Assembly: GCA_963790305.1 (NCBI GenBank)
Contig: CAWBOC010000009.1
Coordinates: 256,001 to 320,000 of the forward strand
From: an uncultured Gemmatimonadaceae bacterium
GTDB lineage: Bacteria; Gemmatimonadota; Gemmatimonadetes; Gemmatimonadales; Gemmatimonadaceae
Length of the DNA stretch: 64,000 nucleotides
Direction: 5' to 3'
Position numbers and translations under genes: made by a program. The notes beneath the pieces are model-generated. The model was not told the origin of the DNA and ran no database searches. It worked only from the letters and a program-made list of their open reading frames with translations. The first letter of the stretch is position 1, and each line of letters opens with the position of its first letter. This document shows, in pieces, positions 59,269-64,000 of the stretch.

Positions 59269-61868
59269 GTGATCCCGCCTGGGTCGATCGCGCGCGTTGC
59301 GCTGGCGGCTGGGCTCCTCGCGGCACCCTGCACCGCTCAGAGCATCGAGGCCGCCCGCATCCTCGGCACACCGCCACGCCTCGATGGGCGTCTCACGGAG
59401 GACCTCTGGTCCACGGCGCAGCCGCTGGCGGGGTTCCTCCAGCGCGACCCGGACCAGGGCGCACCCGCGACCGAACGTACCGAGGTGCGCTTCGCCTACG
59501 ACGACGACGCGCTCTACATCGGGGCGCGTATGTTCAGCACATCACCCAACGCCATTCGCGCGTTGGTCACACGCCACGATCGTGAAGGAAGCTCCGAGCA
59601 GCTGCTCGTCTCCCTCGATACACACCTTGATCGCCGCACCGCCTATACCTTCGCCGTCACGCCCGCCTCCGTCCGCATCGACTACTACCACTCATCGGAT
59701 GAGGAGGATAGCCGTGACAACGGCTTCAACCCGGTGTGGCAGGCGCAGGCCCGCATCGATTCCCTCGGATGGACGGCGGAGATGCGCATTCCATTTTCGC
59801 AGCTGCGCTTTACCGCGGCAGAGGTGCAGGTGTGGGGAGTGAACGTCGTCCGTAGTGTGCCGGCGAAGAACGAACGCAGCTATTGGGCGCTGATCCGCCG
59901 TGATGAGCCAGGGTGGGCGTCGCGCATGGGAGCGCTGGTGGGGATTCGCGACGTTCGCCCCTCGCGGCGCATCGAGATCTCCCCCTACCTCGCCGTGGAT
60001 TCGCGGTTGGACAGCGACATCGACCGGGCAGATCCCTTCGCGAGGGAGCACGAGACGAACGCGCGCGTGGGAGCGGATCTCAAGCTTGGGCTGGGCCCGA
60101 GCTTCACGCTCGACGTCACCCTCAATCCCGATTTCGGCCAGGTCGAGGCAGATCCCGCCGAGGTCAACTTGAGCGCCTTCGAAACGTTCTTCGACGAGCA
60201 ACGGCCGTTCTTTGCCGAGGGTGCGGAGCTGCTCGAAGGGCGCGGCCTCTTTTACTCGCGACGCATTGGCGCGCCGCCCCCTGGGGATCCCGACGCCGAC
60301 TACGCCGAGCCTCTCCAGCACACGTCCATCCTCGGCGCCGCCAAGCTCACCGGCCGTACGCAGTCGAAGCTCGCTGTCTCCGCGCTGGCCGCGGTGACGC
60401 AGCGAGAGCGGATTCGCACCTTCAATGCGACCACGCGAACGTTCGGCGACGCCGTTGTGGCGCCGCTCGCCGCCTACGCCGCGGTCGGGGCGCAGGCAGC
60501 AGTTTGGCGCAAGCGGGTCGACGTTAGGCGGAGTGCTGACGGCCGTGCACCGCGACGTCGATGAAGGATCCCCACTGGCTGGCGCGGTGTCACGCGATGC
60601 ATTCTCCGGCATCGTCGAGGGACGCGTGCGCTGGGCGGGAGGCAGGTATGACGCGAGCGCGCACGTGGGCTTTACCCACGTTCGCGGCGACTCCGGCGCC
60701 ATCCTCGAGCTGCAGCGTTCGTCCCGACGGTACTGGCAGCGCCCCGACGCGTCACACGTCGAGATCGACCCGCGACGCTTGACGCTATCCGGCACGATGC
60801 TCGGCATCAATCACAGCAAGCTCGCCGGCGCGCACTGGCTGTGGGACATCGACTACTGGCAGGAGGCGCCGGGCCTCGAGCCGAACGACATCGGGGCCTT
60901 CGGCAGCGTCGACGATCGCGGCGTTGCCTGGGACCTGATCTATCGGGAGACGCGGCCGAAGGGGTGGTACCGATCGTACTCGATGGCGATCGGGTCGAGC
61001 GTGGAGTGGAACTTCGACGGCGTGCGCCGCGGGTCCGAGGCATTTCTGGAATTCAACACCACGTTCGCGAACTACCTTCGCTTCGGCAGCGACTTCTGGC
61101 ATAACCCGCGGGGATACTCCGATGACCTCACGCGCGGCGGCCCGCTCATGGGGACGGGACGCGCGTGGGGGATGGCATTCGAGCTGGAGGGTCGAGAGGG
61201 TGCGCGCACGGCGTGGAGCGTGGAGCTCGACGGTGAGCGCGAGGAATTCGAATGGATGGTCGGGAGAGCTGCAGGGAGACTTCAGCTTCCATCCGGGGAC
61301 ACAGTGGGAGATCAGCGTCAGCCCCAGCTGGGAGCTGGGCGAGGACCCGCGGCAATACGTGACGACGCTGGATGACGGGCGGCCAGAAACGTTCGGGCAG
61401 CGTTATGTGTTCGCGCGCGTGGAGCGCAGCGAGATCGCAACGCGTGTGCGCGTGAACTACACATTCACGCCGAACCTCACTCTGGAGACGTACGCCGAGC
61501 CGTTCGCGTCGAGCGGCACTTTCTCCCGCTTTGGGGAGCTGCTCGCACCGCGATCGCGCGAGCTGCTCGAGTACGGGACATCCGGAACGACGATCGCGCG
61601 AAACCCGGACGGATCGCACATCGTGACGGTGGGCTCGGACACCCTCGCCATCGCGAACGAAGACTTCAACGTCCGTTCGCTGCGGAGCAACGTCGTGCTG
61701 CGGTGGGAATGGCGGCCGGGGAGCGCGCTCTTTCTCGTCTGGCAGCAGAATCAGGAAGCGGACCGCCCGTTCGGGAGAGTGCGTCCGCGCGACCTGTGGG
61801 ATGCGCTGAGCACGAGCGGCGACAGCTTCTTTGCGGTGAAGATCAGCTACTGGCTGCCGGTGCGTTGA
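59269..61868 (+). CDS. DUF5916 outer-membrane protein with CBM9-like N-terminus, frameshifts near 60496 and 61250
   Basis: PRLDGRL, WTAEMRIPFSQLRF, NPDFGQVEAD, FYSRRIG; C-terminal NVVLRWEWRPGS...KISYW. Confidence 0.85.
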
Positions 61869-61907
61869 CTGACACGTAGATTCCTGCAGTCGCCTGCACG
61901 AGGGGTC

Positions 61908-63656
61908 ATGGCCACACGATCGCGCGAGCTGCTCGATCTCGAAACGGTCCTCAGCAAGCAGTACACGCTCGAGCGCGAGCTCGGGCGTGGTGGCATGGGA
62001 GTGGTCTTCCTTGCCCGCGATCTGAGGCTCGACCGCCTGGTGGCGATCAAGGCGCTTCCGCTGCATCTCGCTGACGACGAGCGCGTACGCGAGCGCTTCC
62101 TGCGCGAAGCGCGGACCGCCGCACGCCTCTCGCATCCGAACATCGTCCCCATCCATCGCGCCAATGAGATCGATGGCCGCGTGTTCTTCGTCATGGGGTA
62201 CGTCGACGGAGAGTCGCTCGCACAACGCGTGACCGGCCGCGGTGCGCTCCCGGCAGGAGAAGTCGTCGCCCTCCTGCGAGACGTGGCCGCCGCGCTGCAC
62301 GAGGCTCATCGCCTCGGCATTGTCCATCGCGACGTCAAGGCGGAGAACATCCTCTTCGACCAGCGGACCGGGCGCGCCATGGTGACCGACTTCGGAATCG
62401 CCCGCGTCGCCGAGGCCGCGCCGTTGACCGCGACGGGCCTCCTGCTCGGCACGGTGCAGTACATGAGTCCGGAACAGGTCGTGGGCGAAACCGTCGACGC
62501 GCGAAGCGACGTGTACTCGCTAGGCGTCGTCGCCTTCCATGCCTTGACGACACGCTTCCCCTTTCAGAGCGAATCGGCATCAGCGGTGCTCGTCGCACAC
62601 GTGACGAAGACGCCGCCCAAAATCCTCGACGTCGACCCATCGATTCCGCTGGCGCTCGCCGAGATCGTCGATCGGTGTCTCGCGAAGGAGCCGGCGCAAC
62701 GCTTCCAGTCAGCGGGAGAGCTGGGCGATGCACTGAGCGCGCTGTCACCGTCGATCCTCCCGGCTCCCCGGCGTGAGGACTCCACCCCCGTGGCGAAAGC
62801 GAGCGATGTTCTCCTCTCGGATCGCGAGGCACGTGCTGTCTGGGATCGTGCGGCAAACCTTCAGGCGCAGGCGACCGGCACCGTCACGCCGATCCCGCCG
62901 CCTCCGCGGGAGGCCGAGCGTCAACCGGTGTCGCCATCATCCGCCTATCGACTCAATGTCGTCCGCGACTCGGCGCGGGAGGCGGGAATAGGCACCGAGT
63001 ACGTAGATCGCGCATTGGCGGAACGCGGCCTTGGTGAGAAGGGCGCCGCGCGTCCGGCGCCGGTAGTGCCAGCGTCGACACCCGCGGCGGCAATGGAGAT
63101 TCGCGACATGCGCGTCAAGCCCTTCTCGCGCTGGGTCGGTGCGCCGTCGTTGATCGAGTACGAGGTCGTCGTCGACGGCGAGGTCTCGGAGCGCGATTTC
63201 GAGCGGCTGGTCGAGCCAATCCGTAGCACGCTGTCCGACGTCGGGACCGTCGGAGCGATGGGGCGCTCGTTCACATGGAGCGCGACCGATCCAAAGCGAC
63301 GCGTGCACGTTGCGGTGCAGGTGCGGAGCGGACGCACGACGATTCGCGTCGCGGAGCCCCTCCGGGCGCTCAGGGGAAACGTCTTCGGCGGCGGTCTCGG
63401 AGGATTCGGGGGCGGGTTTGCCGGCCCGCTGTTTCTGATGGTCAGCTCTGCGACGGGTGCGGTCGAAGCGGGCGTCGCCGCTGGCCTGACAGCGGCCGCA
63501 ACCGCGTACTTTGGGACGCGGACCGTGTACAAGGGACTCGTGAAATCTCGGCAGACGGAGCTGCGCGCTCTGATCGCCCGGCTCGCGGAGGAGGCGCGGC
63601 GGTCGATCGACGAGCCCTCGGAGGAGCGGAAGCGTCCGGTCCTGCCAAGACGCTAA
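61908..63656 (+). CDS. Hanks-type Ser/Thr kinase with an uncharacterised C-terminal domain and TM hairpin
   Basis: LGRGGMGVV, VAIK, HRDVKAEN, DFGIA, GTVQYMSPEQ. Confidence 0.9.
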   Translation: MATRSRELLDLETVLSKQYTLERELGRGGMGVVFLARDLRLDRLVAIKALPLHLADDERVRERFLREARTAARLSHPNIVPIHRANEIDGRVFFVMGYVDGESLAQRVTGRGALPAGEVVALLRDVAAALHEAHRLGIVHRDVKAENILFDQRTGRAMVTDFGIARVAEAAPLTATGLLLGTVQYMSPEQVVGETVDARSDVYSLGVVAFHALTTRFPFQSESASAVLVAHVTKTPPKILDVDPSIPLALAEIVDRCLAKEPAQRFQSAGELGDALSALSPSILPAPRREDSTPVAKASDVLLSDREARAVWDRAANLQAQATGTVTPIPPPPREAERQPVSPSSAYRLNVVRDSAREAGIGTEYVDRALAERGLGEKGAARPAPVVPASTPAAAMEIRDMRVKPFSRWVGAPSLIEYEVVVDGEVSERDFERLVEPIRSTLSDVGTVGAMGRSFTWSATDPKRRVHVAVQVRSGRTTIRVAEPLRALRGNVFGGGLGGFGGGFAGPLFLMVSSATGAVEAGVAAGLTAAATAYFGTRTVYKGLVKSRQTELRALIARLAEEARRSIDEPSEERKRPVLPRR

Positions 63657-63660
63657 GCGC

Positions 63661-64000
63661 TCAGCCGCACTCCGAGAAGCCGCAGACGTGACACTTCACG
63701 CACCCTTCGGCAAACTCGAGCTGCGATCCGCAATCGGGGCACGTCCCCATGAAGGACTGGGTGTACCCACTCATGTCGAACCCGAGCTGCTCAGGCTCCG
63801 GCGCGCCGGCTCCTCCGCCAGATCCCTCGGATACCGGGTTGGCGATCTGCTCCAGCGCCGGGATGCCTGCCTGACGGGTGTCGGGCGGCAAGAGCTCCGC
63901 CTGCACGCCCTGGTGCTTGTCGCGCCACCAATCCTCGAGCGCGATGCCGATGGCGTCCGGCACCGAGAGTACCTTGTTCGGGCCGAGGCCGACCGCACGA
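63661..64000 (-). CDS. nrdJ: C-terminus of class II (B12) ribonucleotide reductase, partial
   Basis: GPNKVLSVPDAIG...CPDCG...EGCVKCHVCGFSECG. Confidence 0.85.
   Translation of the reverse strand, partial: RAVGLGPNKVLSVPDAIGIALEDWWRDKHQGVQAELLPPDTRQAGIPALEQIANPVSEGSGGGAGAPEPEQLGFDMSGYTQSFMGTCPDCGSQLEFAEGCVKCHVCGFSECG

Overview
High-GC bacterial chromosome segment. Gene content suggests Gemmatimonadota, but that is an inference. Positions 1-14.3 kb are core genes, all on the minus strand: SRP RNA-dnaX-ybaB-recR, ltaE, and a tal-pyk-MBL hydrolase-pgi-fba run that continues into a sensor-less HisKA protein, a sigma-54 regulator, ytxH and yihY. The remainder is mostly accessory: a DapA-like/DHOD-like/OSBS-like triad, a sigma(r2)-FecR fusion, ackA, peptidases, moeB, a reductive pyrimidine catabolism cluster with no preT, a 7-heme TPR lipoprotein, a GH18, three Hanks-type kinases and the 3' end of nrdJ. 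The most striking unannotated signal is the octamer CGTTAGGC/GCCTAACG. I counted 22 exact copies by eye, 12 on one strand and 10 on the other. They are written into coding sequences in several frames via codons that are rare at this GC (TTA, CTA, CCT, AGG), as expected of a DNA-level signal such as an uptake or protein-binding sequence. The window also holds several families of periodic (7, 9 and 10 bp) palindromic REP/MITE-like elements, some of which supply protein termini. Five genes carry single-base frameshifts, four of them in 51.5-62 kb, probably from assembly error. No transposase, integrase, CRISPR array, tRNA or rRNA was seen.
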